Of a stretch of DNA of 64,000 bases, positions 7,480 through 15,957 are shown one piece after another. The position numbers and the translations under genes were made by a program. Origin of the DNA: Solirubrobacteraceae bacterium (GTDB lineage: Bacteria; Actinomycetota; Thermoleophilia; Solirubrobacterales; Solirubrobacteraceae); the NCBI GenBank assembly GCA_049697735.1, contig JBAVWI010000020.1, positions 7,174-71,173 of the forward strand, written 5' to 3'. The first letter of the stretch is position 1. Each line of letters starts with the position of its first letter. The notes under the pieces were generated by a model that did no database searches, was not told the origin of the DNA, and worked only from the letters and a program-made list of their open reading frames with translations.

Positions 7480-9228
7480 GTGACATCGCCGCTCCGTCGC
7501 TGGCTGAGCCCCGCGCTCGCGGGTGCGGGGCTGGTGGCCGCCGCCAGGGAGGCGCGCCGATCGGCGCGCCTCGTAGACCAGCAGGCGCGGCTGATCGAGG
7601 AGCAGGCGGCGCTGCGCCGCGTTGCCACACTCGTCGCCACGGGGGCGGCGCCGGAGGACGCATTTGCGGGAGTAGCGAACGAGCTGCGGCGGCTGTTTGC
7701 GGTCGAACTGGTGAACGTGTGCCGCTATGAGCCCGACGGGACGTTCACCGTTGCTGCCGGGACCGGCGCTCCTCCCGTTGGCAGCCGCTGGCCCCTTGTC
7801 GGCAAGAACGTCACCACGCTGGTGTTCGAGACCGGCCGTTCGGTCCGCCTGGACAGCTATGCCGGCGCCACCGGCCCCGTGGCTGACGAGATGCACCAGT
7901 CCGGCATCCGCAAGCAGGGCATGCGCTCGGCGGTCGGCGCGCCGGTCATCGTCGACGGCAAGCTGTGGGGCATGTTAGGCATCGGCACGACCCTGGAGCA
8001 GCCTTTGCCGCTGGATACCGAGGCGCGGCTGGCCTCGTTCATAGAGCTGGTGACGACGGCGATCGCCAACGCCGAGAGTCGGACGGGGCTCGCTCGGCTG
8101 GCCGAGGAGCAGGCAGCGTTGCGGCGTGTAGCGACGCTGGTGGCACGAGGGGTACCGGCGGGGGAAGTGTTCCGAGCGGTCATCGAAGAGGTCGGACGGC
8201 TGCTTTCCGCGGATTTCGCGCACCTGGGCCGCTATGAGGCCAACGATACGGTTACTCGCCTCGCCGGCTTCGGCCGGACCGAGGAGATCTTGGCGGCCGG
8301 AACCCAGTTCAAGCTTGGGGGGAAGAACGTCATGACGCTCGTGTTCGAGACGGGTCGTTCGGCCCGCATCGACGACTATGGCGATGCCTTGAGGGATTTC
8401 GGCGACATCGCCCGAAAGGGGGGCGTAACCTCGTCGGTCGGCACGCCAATCATCGTCGAGGGCCACCTGTGGGGGCTTGGAGTCGTCGCCGCCCGCGAGG
8501 CGCTGCCGCCGGACACGGAGGAGCGACTCGCAGCTTTCACGGAGCTGGTGGCGATGGCGATCGCCAACGCCGAGAGCCGGGCCGCGCTGGCCGCGTCGCG
8601 GGCGCGGATCGTTGCTGCCGCGGATGAGAGTCGGCGGCGGATCGAGCGCGATCTGCACGACGGTGCACAGCAACGCTTGGTCCACACCGTGATCGCCCTC
8701 AAGCTCATGCTGCGGGCGCTGGACAACGGTGACGCCGACGCCCGGGAACTGGCGGCTGAGGCGCTGCGGCACGCCGAGCAGGCGAACGCCGAGCTGCGCG
8801 AGCTGGCGCACGGGATCCTTCCCGCCGCCCTGACCAGCGACGGCCTGCGCGGCGGGCTCCGGGCGCTCCTGGCGCGCATCCCGCTGCCCGTCACCGCGCA
8901 GGTCTCGGTCCAGCGGCTGCCCGCGAGCGTGGAGGCCACCGCCTACTTCCTCGTGAGCGAGGCGCTCACCAACGTCCTCAAACACGCGCGCGCCGATCAC
9001 GCCATCGTCACCGTTCAAGCCGAGGACGGACGGCTCCGAGTGGAGATCCGCGACGACGGGATCGGGGGCGCCGACCCCAAGGGGGGGTCCGGACTCATCG
9101 GGCTTAGCGACCGGGTCCACGCACTCGGCGGGACGCTGCAGCTCACCAGCCCGGCCGGCAGCGGCACCACCCTGCTCATCCAGCTTCCACTCGAAGAACC
9201 AATGGGCAATCGGGCTGCGCAGCGATGA
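7480..9228 (+). CDS. sensor histidine kinase with two GAF domains, a HisKA_3-type dimerisation domain and HATPase_c
   Basis: 582 aa. EEQAALRRVATLVA appears twice, each preceding a GAF-like block. This is followed by RRRIERDLHDGAQQRLV (H-box of NarL-type kinases) and an ATPase domain (EALTNVLKHA...DDGIGGA...GSGLIGL). Confidence 0.88.
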   Translation: MTSPLRRWLSPALAGAGLVAAAREARRSARLVDQQARLIEEQAALRRVATLVATGAAPEDAFAGVANELRRLFAVELVNVCRYEPDGTFTVAAGTGAPPVGSRWPLVGKNVTTLVFETGRSVRLDSYAGATGPVADEMHQSGIRKQGMRSAVGAPVIVDGKLWGMLGIGTTLEQPLPLDTEARLASFIELVTTAIANAESRTGLARLAEEQAALRRVATLVARGVPAGEVFRAVIEEVGRLLSADFAHLGRYEANDTVTRLAGFGRTEEILAAGTQFKLGGKNVMTLVFETGRSARIDDYGDALRDFGDIARKGGVTSSVGTPIIVEGHLWGLGVVAAREALPPDTEERLAAFTELVAMAIANAESRAALAASRARIVAAADESRRRIERDLHDGAQQRLVHTVIALKLMLRALDNGDADARELAAEALRHAEQANAELRELAHGILPAALTSDGLRGGLRALLARIPLPVTAQVSVQRLPASVEATAYFLVSEALTNVLKHARADHAIVTVQAEDGRLRVEIRDDGIGGADPKGGSGLIGLSDRVHALGGTLQLTSPAGSGTTLLIQLPLEEPMGNRAAQR

Positions 9229-9282
9229 GCAATCTGCATAGTGCAAGCCTGACTTGCCAGTACAGGCGGGGGCTCCTTTCAT

Positions 9283-9407
9283 GTCCTCCCGTGGCCAACA
9301 GAAAGCCAGCATTTGCAGGTATTTACGCGACACCACGAGACACGAGTGGACAAACTGATCTGCTTTGCAAGCAGGAGGTCGCCGGTTCGATCCCGGCTGG
9401 CTCCACT
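9283..9407 (+). repeat. islet right-end repeat plus att copy 3 (48-bp tRNA-Ala 3' segment at 9360-9407)
   Basis: 9360-9407 is identical to 3415-3462 and 7029-7076. The sequence downstream of 9407 is unrelated to either islet left end, so this is the chromosomal flank. Confidence 0.85.
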
Positions 9408-9484
9408 GTAGGAAGTGCTGCACATACCTCACTTTTCGCCTATGGGGACCAACAGACGAGAAGATCGACGAGAGGAGCGGCGCG

Positions 9485-10081
9485 ATGAGAAGGCTGAATT
9501 TAGTGGAGTTCCTGACGCTCGACGGGGTCATGCAGAGCTTCGGCGGTCCCGACGAGGATCGCGAGGGCGGCTTCGACCACGGCGGCTGGGGCGCACCGTA
9601 CGCGACCGCGGAGATCGCGGAACGAGCTGGCGCCGGCATGGGCGGGACCACCGCGTACCTGTTCGGCCGCAAGACCTACGAGCACATGGCGGCGCACTGG
9701 CCAAACGAACCCGACGAGAACACGATCGCACGACATCTCAATGCGACGCCGAAATACGTCGTCACCAGAACCTTGACTAGTCTCGATTGGGCCGGATCGC
9801 AGATCCTGCACGGCGATATCGTCGAATCGGTCAACGACCTCAAGTCCCACGGCGACGGCTTCATCACGGTCCTCGGAAGCGGCGAGCTAGCACAGACACT
9901 GATCGAGCACGGCCTGATCGATGACTACCGGCTGTTCGTGCACCCGCTGGTACTCGGGACGGGCAAGCGACTTTTCCGCGAGACCCCGCATCCACTACCG
10001 ATGCGCTTGGTCGAATGTGCCCCCACCAGCACCGGCATCCTGATGCTCAGTTACGAGGTCGCCGACTCGGCGCACCCTTAA
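9485..10081 (+). CDS. dihydrofolate reductase-like (RibD C-terminal domain) family protein
   Basis: MRRLNLVEFLTLDGVMQSFGGPDED...ITVLGSGELAQTLIEHGLIDDYRLFVHPLVLGTGKRLF. Start trimmed; the listed ORF start lies inside att copy 3. Confidence 0.8.
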   Translation: MRRLNLVEFLTLDGVMQSFGGPDEDREGGFDHGGWGAPYATAEIAERAGAGMGGTTAYLFGRKTYEHMAAHWPNEPDENTIARHLNATPKYVVTRTLTSLDWAGSQILHGDIVESVNDLKSHGDGFITVLGSGELAQTLIEHGLIDDYRLFVHPLVLGTGKRLFRETPHPLPMRLVECAPTSTGILMLSYEVADSAHP

Positions 10082-10332
10082 CCGCCGCTCCCGACCGCCG
10101 CAGCGTGGGCCGCGCATGAGCCGGCCTCGCAGTCGCGTGAATCAAGCCTCGGCGGTCTCGAATTTCCCGCGAAAGAAGCATCGCTACGACGACTATCCGG
10201 TCCCTGCTGTCCACCGGACCAACGCGACGATCCGACGATGCAGGAGGAAACGGGCGGATAGCCCGTAGGAACGGCCACATACGGGTCGGGCAGTTCAGGT
10301 ATCGGCACGCAGGGTCGATACCCCGAGACGTT

Positions 10333-12006
10333 TTGGACCGCCTAGCCATGAGCCAAACCACAACGGATCTCCAATCCGATGGCCAATCACGCGCGCCGCG
10401 CGTGAGCTCGGACCTATCCAGCTCGGCGGGCGCGGCCCCGGCCCGGAGACGGCGCGGGTCAAGTGACACGATGAAGACGAGGCGTGAGCACGCCCCGAGG
10501 AAAACTCGGGCCCGGACGGCGGGGGCCCGTAGCCACCCGGCGCGTCGCACAAGAAGGACGGCAAAGGCTTTGCGTCCAGGTCCGGCGACGCGCATCGGCG
10601 TCGCCACGGACCTGATCAGCGCCAGCCCGAAAATGGTCCCTCCTTCGCTTGAGCAGGTCCTCGAGACGGCAGTCGAGAGGGCCCCGCGTCCGCGCGCTCC
10701 TGCACACCGTCGCTTTTATGTGCCGCTCCGCTTTCGCGCGCTCAGCACGATGCTGCTGGGGATCGTCTGGGTGGGGTTCTCGCTGTGGCTCTCCCGGACT
10801 TGGATCCAGACCCTTGGGCACGACATCACCCTGCCGCTGGCGGTGATCGTCATCACCGGAATTGCGCTCATCCCCGGCTACCTGAACATCCAGCTGATCA
10901 GCGCGATCCTCATTGATCGGCCGCGGCCACTGACTTTCGAGGGCGTTTTCCCGGCCATCACCCTGATGGTGGCCGCCTACAACGAGGAGCTGGCCATTGC
11001 CGAGACGCTTGATTACGTGCTCCGCACCGATTATCCCGGCGAGTTCGAGATCGTCGTCGCCGACGATGGTTCGACGGATCGGACACGGGACATCGTGGCC
11101 GAGTACGTCGAGCGTCACCCGTCGGTACGCCTGGTTGCGGCCCCGCACGCCGGGAAGGCGAGGACCCTGAACTACGCCCTGCGGACCATCGAGACACCGC
11201 TGTTGGCCACGATCGACGCCGACACTCTGCTCATGCCGTACTCGTTGCGTCGTGCCGTGTCCCGGATGCTCGTCTCACCGCCGGATACGGTGGCCGTAGC
11301 GGGTGCCGTGCTGGTCCGAAACTCCCGCGAGAACATTCTCACCCGGGCCCAGGAGTGGGACTACTTCCTGGGCATCGCCTCGGTTAAGCGCGCCCAGGGG
11401 CTGCTGCAGGGAACGCTCGTCGCCCAGGGTGCTTTCAGCGTCTATGACACCACCGCTCTGAAACTGATCGACGGCTGGCCGGACCGGATCGGCGAGGACA
11501 TCGTGCTCACCTGGCGCCTGCTGCTCCAGGGCGGCCGTAGCGTGTTTGAGCCCACTGCGGTGGCCTTCACCGAGGTCCCTGCCGGCTGGCGGGCCTTCGC
11601 CCGTCAGCGCCGGCGCTGGGCACGGGGCATGATCGAGGGGCTGCGCGACCATGGCGTCGGTCTCCTGCGCCACCGCAGGCTCTACTCGCACTCGGTGGCC
11701 AGCAACTTCCTGTTCCCGTTCCTCGACGCCTGCTTCACGCTGGCCTTTATTCCCGGCGTCGTGCTCGCCGGCTTCGGTGACTTTGTCCTCGTCGGGCCCA
11801 TGACCCTGCTCGTCATGCCCCTCAACGTAGTGCTCGGCAGCATTATGTTTTTCCACCAGAGGCGAGTGTTCCGGAGCATCAAGCTGAAGGTGCGCAAGAA
11901 CAAGCGCGGTCTCCTGTTTTACTTCTTCTGCTACCAGTTCGTGTCATCGCCGATCTCGCTCGGCGGCTACGTCCTCGAGGGGTTGCACACCCGCAAGAAG
12001 TGGTAA
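10333..12006 (+). CDS. family-2 glycosyltransferase, processive polysaccharide synthase type (PgaC/IcaA/cellulose-synthase-like)
   Basis: Core ITLMVAAYNEE...IVVADDGSTDRT...IDADT...GEDIVLTW...QRRRWARG (D, DxD, ED, QxxRW), flanked by transmembrane segments. The first ~100 aa are Arg/Ser/Ala-rich with no similarity, so the true start may be ATG 10633. Confidence 0.85.
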   Translation: MDRLAMSQTTTDLQSDGQSRAPRVSSDLSSSAGAAPARRRRGSSDTMKTRREHAPRKTRARTAGARSHPARRTRRTAKALRPGPATRIGVATDLISASPKMVPPSLEQVLETAVERAPRPRAPAHRRFYVPLRFRALSTMLLGIVWVGFSLWLSRTWIQTLGHDITLPLAVIVITGIALIPGYLNIQLISAILIDRPRPLTFEGVFPAITLMVAAYNEELAIAETLDYVLRTDYPGEFEIVVADDGSTDRTRDIVAEYVERHPSVRLVAAPHAGKARTLNYALRTIETPLLATIDADTLLMPYSLRRAVSRMLVSPPDTVAVAGAVLVRNSRENILTRAQEWDYFLGIASVKRAQGLLQGTLVAQGAFSVYDTTALKLIDGWPDRIGEDIVLTWRLLLQGGRSVFEPTAVAFTEVPAGWRAFARQRRRWARGMIEGLRDHGVGLLRHRRLYSHSVASNFLFPFLDACFTLAFIPGVVLAGFGDFVLVGPMTLLVMPLNVVLGSIMFFHQRRVFRSIKLKVRKNKRGLLFYFFCYQFVSSPISLGGYVLEGLHTRKKW

Positions 12007-12064
12007 CGGGCCGGGCCACCCGGAGCATTTCCAAGACCCGAAAGCGGTGACCCCCGCACCCGAG

Positions 12065-12091
12065 GGCGCGAGGGGTGCCATCCCTCGCGCC
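12065..12091. terminator. GC-rich hairpin between convergent genes (candidate bidirectional terminator)
   Basis: GGCGCGAGGG-gtgccat-CCCTCGCGCC: perfect 10-bp stem with a 7-nt loop, between the GT2 stop (12006) and the stop of the minus-strand gene (12105). No U-tract. Confidence 0.45.
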
Positions 12092-12104
12092 TCCCTGGTG
12101 GCGG

Positions 12105-12464
12105 CTATTCGGCGGGCTCGAGGAATCCGGTCACCGACCTCAGGCGACCGTCGTCAGCGATGGTGGCGAAGTCAACGCCGATCGCGACAGGCGGGTTGCC
12201 GTCGATCCCCAGCGACCAGGTAAACCGCACGCGGTCGTGATGAGCGTCAGGCGCGGCGACGAGCGTGACGCGGTGGCCCGGGAACTGTTGCTGAGCGCCG
12301 CCGATCATCGCGTTGATGGCCTCGACCCCTTCGCCGCTCATCAGCGGGTCCAGGTAGGTGGCGTCATCGGTCAGTGTTTGCGCGATGATCGCGCGACGCC
12401 GGTCGGGGTCGCTTTCGTTCCACATCTCGATGTAGCTGTCGACGACCGCTGTGCTGTCAAGCAT
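12105..12464 (-). CDS. SnoaL-like / NTF2-fold protein
   Basis: 119 aa. VVDSYIEMWNESDPDRRRAIIAQTLTDDATYLDPL is a typical NTF2-like opening. Confidence 0.7.
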   Translation of the reverse strand: MLDSTAVVDSYIEMWNESDPDRRRAIIAQTLTDDATYLDPLMSGEGVEAINAMIGGAQQQFPGHRVTLVAAPDAHHDRVRFTWSLGIDGNPPVAIGVDFATIADDGRLRSVTGFLEPAE

Positions 12465-12524
12465 CTGCCTTCTCCTTGTGGGGGTGAGTGGACGCCGAGC
12501 AGCGTCTCAGCCCCAGCTGGCCAC

Positions 12525-12580
12525 GTCGATTACCCGCGAGGTAGCGCGCCACAGGGTTGATTACCCGGGCGGTAATCGAC
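12525..12580. promoter_or_regulatory. three GATTACC-type repeats upstream of the MFS gene (candidate operator set)
   Basis: GTCGATTACC at 12525-12534; GATTACC-cgggc-GGTAATC inverted repeat at 12559-12577; GGTAATCGAC at 12571-12580 is the exact reverse complement of the first 10-mer. Confidence 0.35.
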
Positions 12581-12610
12581 ACGCCCCGGACGGGTCGCCA
12601 GTCTGGCGCC

Positions 12611-14059
12611 ATGACTACACACCAGAACACTCCACGCTTTTCGTTGTCCCCGGTCGCGACTCTGCGACGGGCTTGTTCAGCCCGTTGGCTGGCGTTACCG
12701 GTTCTGCTCGCCGGCACGTTCATGGTCGTGCTGGACTTCTTTATCGTCAACGTCGCACTGCCCTCGATGCAGGCTGACCTGCATGCCAGCGCCGGAGCGA
12801 TCCAGTGGGTTGTGGCCGGTTATGCGCTCACCTCGGCGGTGTTCTTGATCACGGCCGCGAGACTGGGTGACCGGATCGGGCGCCGGCGGGCCTTCTCGCT
12901 CGGACTCGGATTGTTCACCGCCGCTTCGGCGGCGTGCGGGGTAGCTGCGAATCCAACCGTCCTCGTCGTATCGCGACTGATACAGGGCGCGGCCGCAGCG
13001 CTCTTGATGCCCAACGTGCTGTCAATCATCGGGGTCACCTTCACCGGACCCGATCGCGCCCGTGCGCTGGGCGCCTATGGCCTGGTCATGGGCCTGGCGG
13101 CAGTGGGCGGGCAGCTGATCGGCGGAAGCCTCGTGCAACTGGACATCGCCGGTCTGGGCTGGCGCAGCTGCTTTCTGATCAACATCCCCGTCGGCCTGCT
13201 GGCCTTGGCGCTCGCCCCCGGCCTCGTCCCCGAGTCTCGCGGTGAGCAGAACCAGCGGCTTGACCTGGGGGGCACCGTTCTGGTGACTGCGGCGGTGTCG
13301 GCGGTCGTCCTGCCCCTGGTGCAGGGTCGTCAGCAGGGCTGGCCCGTCTGGACGTGGGTGTCACTTGGCGCAGCGCCGGTCCTCCTGGTCGGCTTCCTTC
13401 TCCACCAGCGGCGTCTCAACCGTGGCGGGCGTTCACCGCTGCTTGACCTGACGCTGTTTCGCGAGCGCTCGTTCAGCGCCGGGCTGATCACCCAGCTGGT
13501 GTTCTGGTGCGGGCAGGCGTCTTTCTTTTTGGTGCTGGCCCTCTACCTGCAGCAGGGTCGTGGGCTGAGCCCGCTCACCGCCGGTCTCGTGTTCACGATT
13601 CTCGCGGCCGCCTACGTGGTGACGTCGGCCCGAGCACCGGCACTTACCGAGCGGCACGGGCGACGGCTGCTGGGCGTCGGCGCGCTCGTGCTCGCCGCCG
13701 GACACGGCCTGTTGCTGGCCGCGGTCGCCGACGTGGGCGTCGGGGGATCGATCGCGCCACTGGCGCCCGGGCTGGCGCTGGTCGGGGCCGGGATGGGACT
13801 GCTGATCGTCCCGCTGACCACGATCATCATGGCCGGGATGCGGCCCGAGCAGGCGGGCGCTGCCTCAGGGGCGTTGGCGACGATGCAGAATCTCGGCGGC
13901 GCGCTCGGTGTCGCGATCACCGGCGCGATTTTCTTCGGCGCCCTGCACGCCGGCTACGCTCACGCCTTCGAGCTCAGCCTGATCGAGCTCGCCGTGCTCC
14001 TGCTCGGCGTGGCGCTTCTCACCCGCCTGCTCCCGGCACGCGGAGCGACCCCTCGCTAG
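12611..14059 (+). CDS. MFS transporter, DHA2 (EmrB/QacA, 14-TMS) drug:H+ antiporter type
   Basis: LDFFIVNVALPSMQADL and LGDRIGRRRAF motifs, about 14 hydrophobic segments. Start trimmed to ATG 12611. Confidence 0.88.
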   Translation: MTTHQNTPRFSLSPVATLRRACSARWLALPVLLAGTFMVVLDFFIVNVALPSMQADLHASAGAIQWVVAGYALTSAVFLITAARLGDRIGRRRAFSLGLGLFTAASAACGVAANPTVLVVSRLIQGAAAALLMPNVLSIIGVTFTGPDRARALGAYGLVMGLAAVGGQLIGGSLVQLDIAGLGWRSCFLINIPVGLLALALAPGLVPESRGEQNQRLDLGGTVLVTAAVSAVVLPLVQGRQQGWPVWTWVSLGAAPVLLVGFLLHQRRLNRGGRSPLLDLTLFRERSFSAGLITQLVFWCGQASFFLVLALYLQQGRGLSPLTAGLVFTILAAAYVVTSARAPALTERHGRRLLGVGALVLAAGHGLLLAAVADVGVGGSIAPLAPGLALVGAGMGLLIVPLTTIIMAGMRPEQAGAASGALATMQNLGGALGVAITGAIFFGALHAGYAHAFELSLIELAVLLLGVALLTRLLPARGATPR

Positions 14060-14079
14060 CCACCCCGCGACGGACGCTA

Positions 14080-14113
14080 GGCAGCCCGCGCCGGGAAACC
14101 GTCGCGGGCTGCC
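14080..14113 (+). terminator. long GC hairpin after the MFS gene (candidate intrinsic terminator)
   Basis: GGCAGCCCGCG...CGCGGGCTGCC 11-bp stem, plus an inner CGG/CCG stem around a GAAA loop, 21 nt after the stop. No clear U-tract. Confidence 0.5.
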
Positions 14114-14177
14114 CGTCTGCTCGTCACTACCTGGCAGGTAATTGCGCAAGCCACTTCGGCCGCGTTAGCTTGCAGCG

Positions 14178-15008
14178 ATGTCGACCACCGCTTTCTCCAA
14201 TTCCCCGGCCGGGCCGCGCCCGATCGGTGAGCTGCTTCGCTCCTGGCGACAGCGCCGCAGCCTCAGCCAACTCGAACTCGCACTCGACGCCGCCGTCTCC
14301 GCTCGTCACGTCAGTTTCCTTGAGACCGGACGCGCCCGGCCCAGCCGCGAGATGGTCATGCATCTCGCCGAGCACCTCGAGGTCCCCCTGCGTGAGCGCA
14401 ATGGCCTGATGCTGGCCGCCGGCTACGCGCCGCTCTACGCCGAGCGCGAGCTCGACAGCGACCAGATGACACCGGTGCGCCAGGCCCTGGACCGCTTCCT
14501 GCGCGCCCACGAGCCCTACCCGGCCCTGGTCGTTGATCGCCATCACAACCTGCTCGCCGCCAACGACGCGCTGATGATGCTCACTGATGGTGTCGCACCC
14601 GAGTTGCTCGAGCCGCCCGCCAACGCGCTGCGCGTCGCGCTTCACCCGCAGGGCATGGCTCCGCGGATACTGAACCTCGGGGAGTGGAGTGCCCATCTCC
14701 TCGGACGGCTGCGCCGCGAGACGCGGATCACCGGCGACACGGAGCTCCAAAGCCTCTACGACGAGCTGGCCGGCTACCCCGGCGTCGAGCTCGAAGCGCC
14801 GCAGGACGCAAGCCTCGCGGCGGAGATCGTCGTGCCGCTCCGCTTGCGTAGCGACGACGGTGAGGAGCTTGCCTTCTTTAGCACCATCGCCACGTTCGGG
14901 ACGGCGGTCGACATCACTCTGGCCGAGCTGGCCATCGAAGCGTTCTACCCCGCCAACGCGAGCACGGCAGGGCGACTGCTGCGCGACATCGCTGTCGATA
15001 TTCCGTAG
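14178..15008 (+). CDS. XRE-family HTH regulator with MmyB-like C-terminal domain
   Basis: IGELLRSWRQRRSLSQLELALDAAVSARHVSFLETGRARPS is an HTH_3/31-type motif. TAGCTT (14166-14171) ends 6 nt before the ATG and no Shine-Dalgarno sequence is present. Confidence 0.8.
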   Translation: MSTTAFSNSPAGPRPIGELLRSWRQRRSLSQLELALDAAVSARHVSFLETGRARPSREMVMHLAEHLEVPLRERNGLMLAAGYAPLYAERELDSDQMTPVRQALDRFLRAHEPYPALVVDRHHNLLAANDALMMLTDGVAPELLEPPANALRVALHPQGMAPRILNLGEWSAHLLGRLRRETRITGDTELQSLYDELAGYPGVELEAPQDASLAAEIVVPLRLRSDDGEELAFFSTIATFGTAVDITLAELAIEAFYPANASTAGRLLRDIAVDIP

Positions 15009-15057
15009 CCCCTAGGATGCCGCGTCGCGGTCGACGTGCGCAGATTTCCGGTCGACA

Positions 15058-15957
15058 TCAAAACTGTTGCCTCGTGCGCCTGGCTGGCCTTCTCCCGACG
15101 GCCTTGAAAAACGTGTAGCAGAACGCACCGTCGGGATGAGTCGTCCGGCACAGGGCGTCGACGCCGGCGTCAAAGCTCGCCGGGTCGGTCAGACCCTGCC
15201 GGATCGCCAGTTCGCGGATGCCCTTGATCATCGGGATGAACGTGTTTGTCGTAAAGCCGTTGACGAGCTCTGGTCGGCTGGCGTCGGTGTATACGACGCG
15301 AGCTGAGACATGCACCGTCTCGAATCCCGCGGCGACCATCAACGGGTAGACCTGCCGCCCAATCAGGGCGTTGCCTCCGGACTCCGCTTGGAGGTCGATC
15401 TGGCACTGGATCGCGTCACGGGCAGCCGCGCTGTCAGGGTGAAAGAAGGCTGAGCCGTGGTCGCCTTCGATGACCGTAATCGTGCCTCCCGGCCGGAGCA
15501 CCTTGCCAAGGGCGGCCAGAGCTTCAGCGGGCCGGTTTACGTGCTCGAGCACAAAGCACGCAAAGATGTGGTCGAAGGTCTCGGGTCCGAAGCCAAGCGC
15601 GAAGATGTCGCCCTGACAGAATTCCACGTTGGTCACCCCGAGCCGACCGGCTCGCCGCTTGGCCTCGGCGACCGACTCGGCGGACACATCGACCGAGATG
15701 AATCGGGCCGCCGGGCTTCGTCTGGCGAGCGTCACCGTCTGGGCCCCGACGCCGCATCCGGCCTCCAGCACTGTGCTGTCGGCAGCGTAGGCAGTATCTC
15801 CGTGCAGAAGGTCGATGAGCGTCCCGGCCTGATCCTCCAGCCGCTCGCGCTCGCGCTCGTGATAGCCGTGGACGTAGTGCTCGCCATGCTTGACGGGCTT
15901 CAACGGGCCGCCAACTCCAGCGGCGGGGGGCCGTCGGGGTTGAGAGCAGCCGGTCAA
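15058..15957 (-). CDS. class I SAM-dependent methyltransferase
   Basis: VLEAGCGVGAQT (motif I), DHIFACFVLEHV, LRPGGTITV. The start is uncertain: the listed start is a TTG overlapping the upstream stop. Confidence 0.8.
   Translation of the reverse strand: MTGCSQPRRPPAAGVGGPLKPVKHGEHYVHGYHERERERLEDQAGTLIDLLHGDTAYAADSTVLEAGCGVGAQTVTLARRSPAARFISVDVSAESVAEAKRRAGRLGVTNVEFCQGDIFALGFGPETFDHIFACFVLEHVNRPAEALAALGKVLRPGGTITVIEGDHGSAFFHPDSAAARDAIQCQIDLQAESGGNALIGRQVYPLMVAAGFETVHVSARVVYTDASRPELVNGFTTNTFIPMIKGIRELAIRQGLTDPASFDAGVDALCRTTHPDGAFCYTFFKAVGRRPARRTRQQF

Larger units (their letters stand above)
7076..9407. mobile_element. decayed integrative islet B (carries only a tandem-GAF histidine kinase; no integrase)
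   Basis: Bounded by att copy 2 (7029-7076) and att copy 3 (9360-9407). Its left ~125 bp resembles the left end of islet A (3462-3590), and its right ~78 bp resembles the right end of islet A. Confidence 0.55.
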
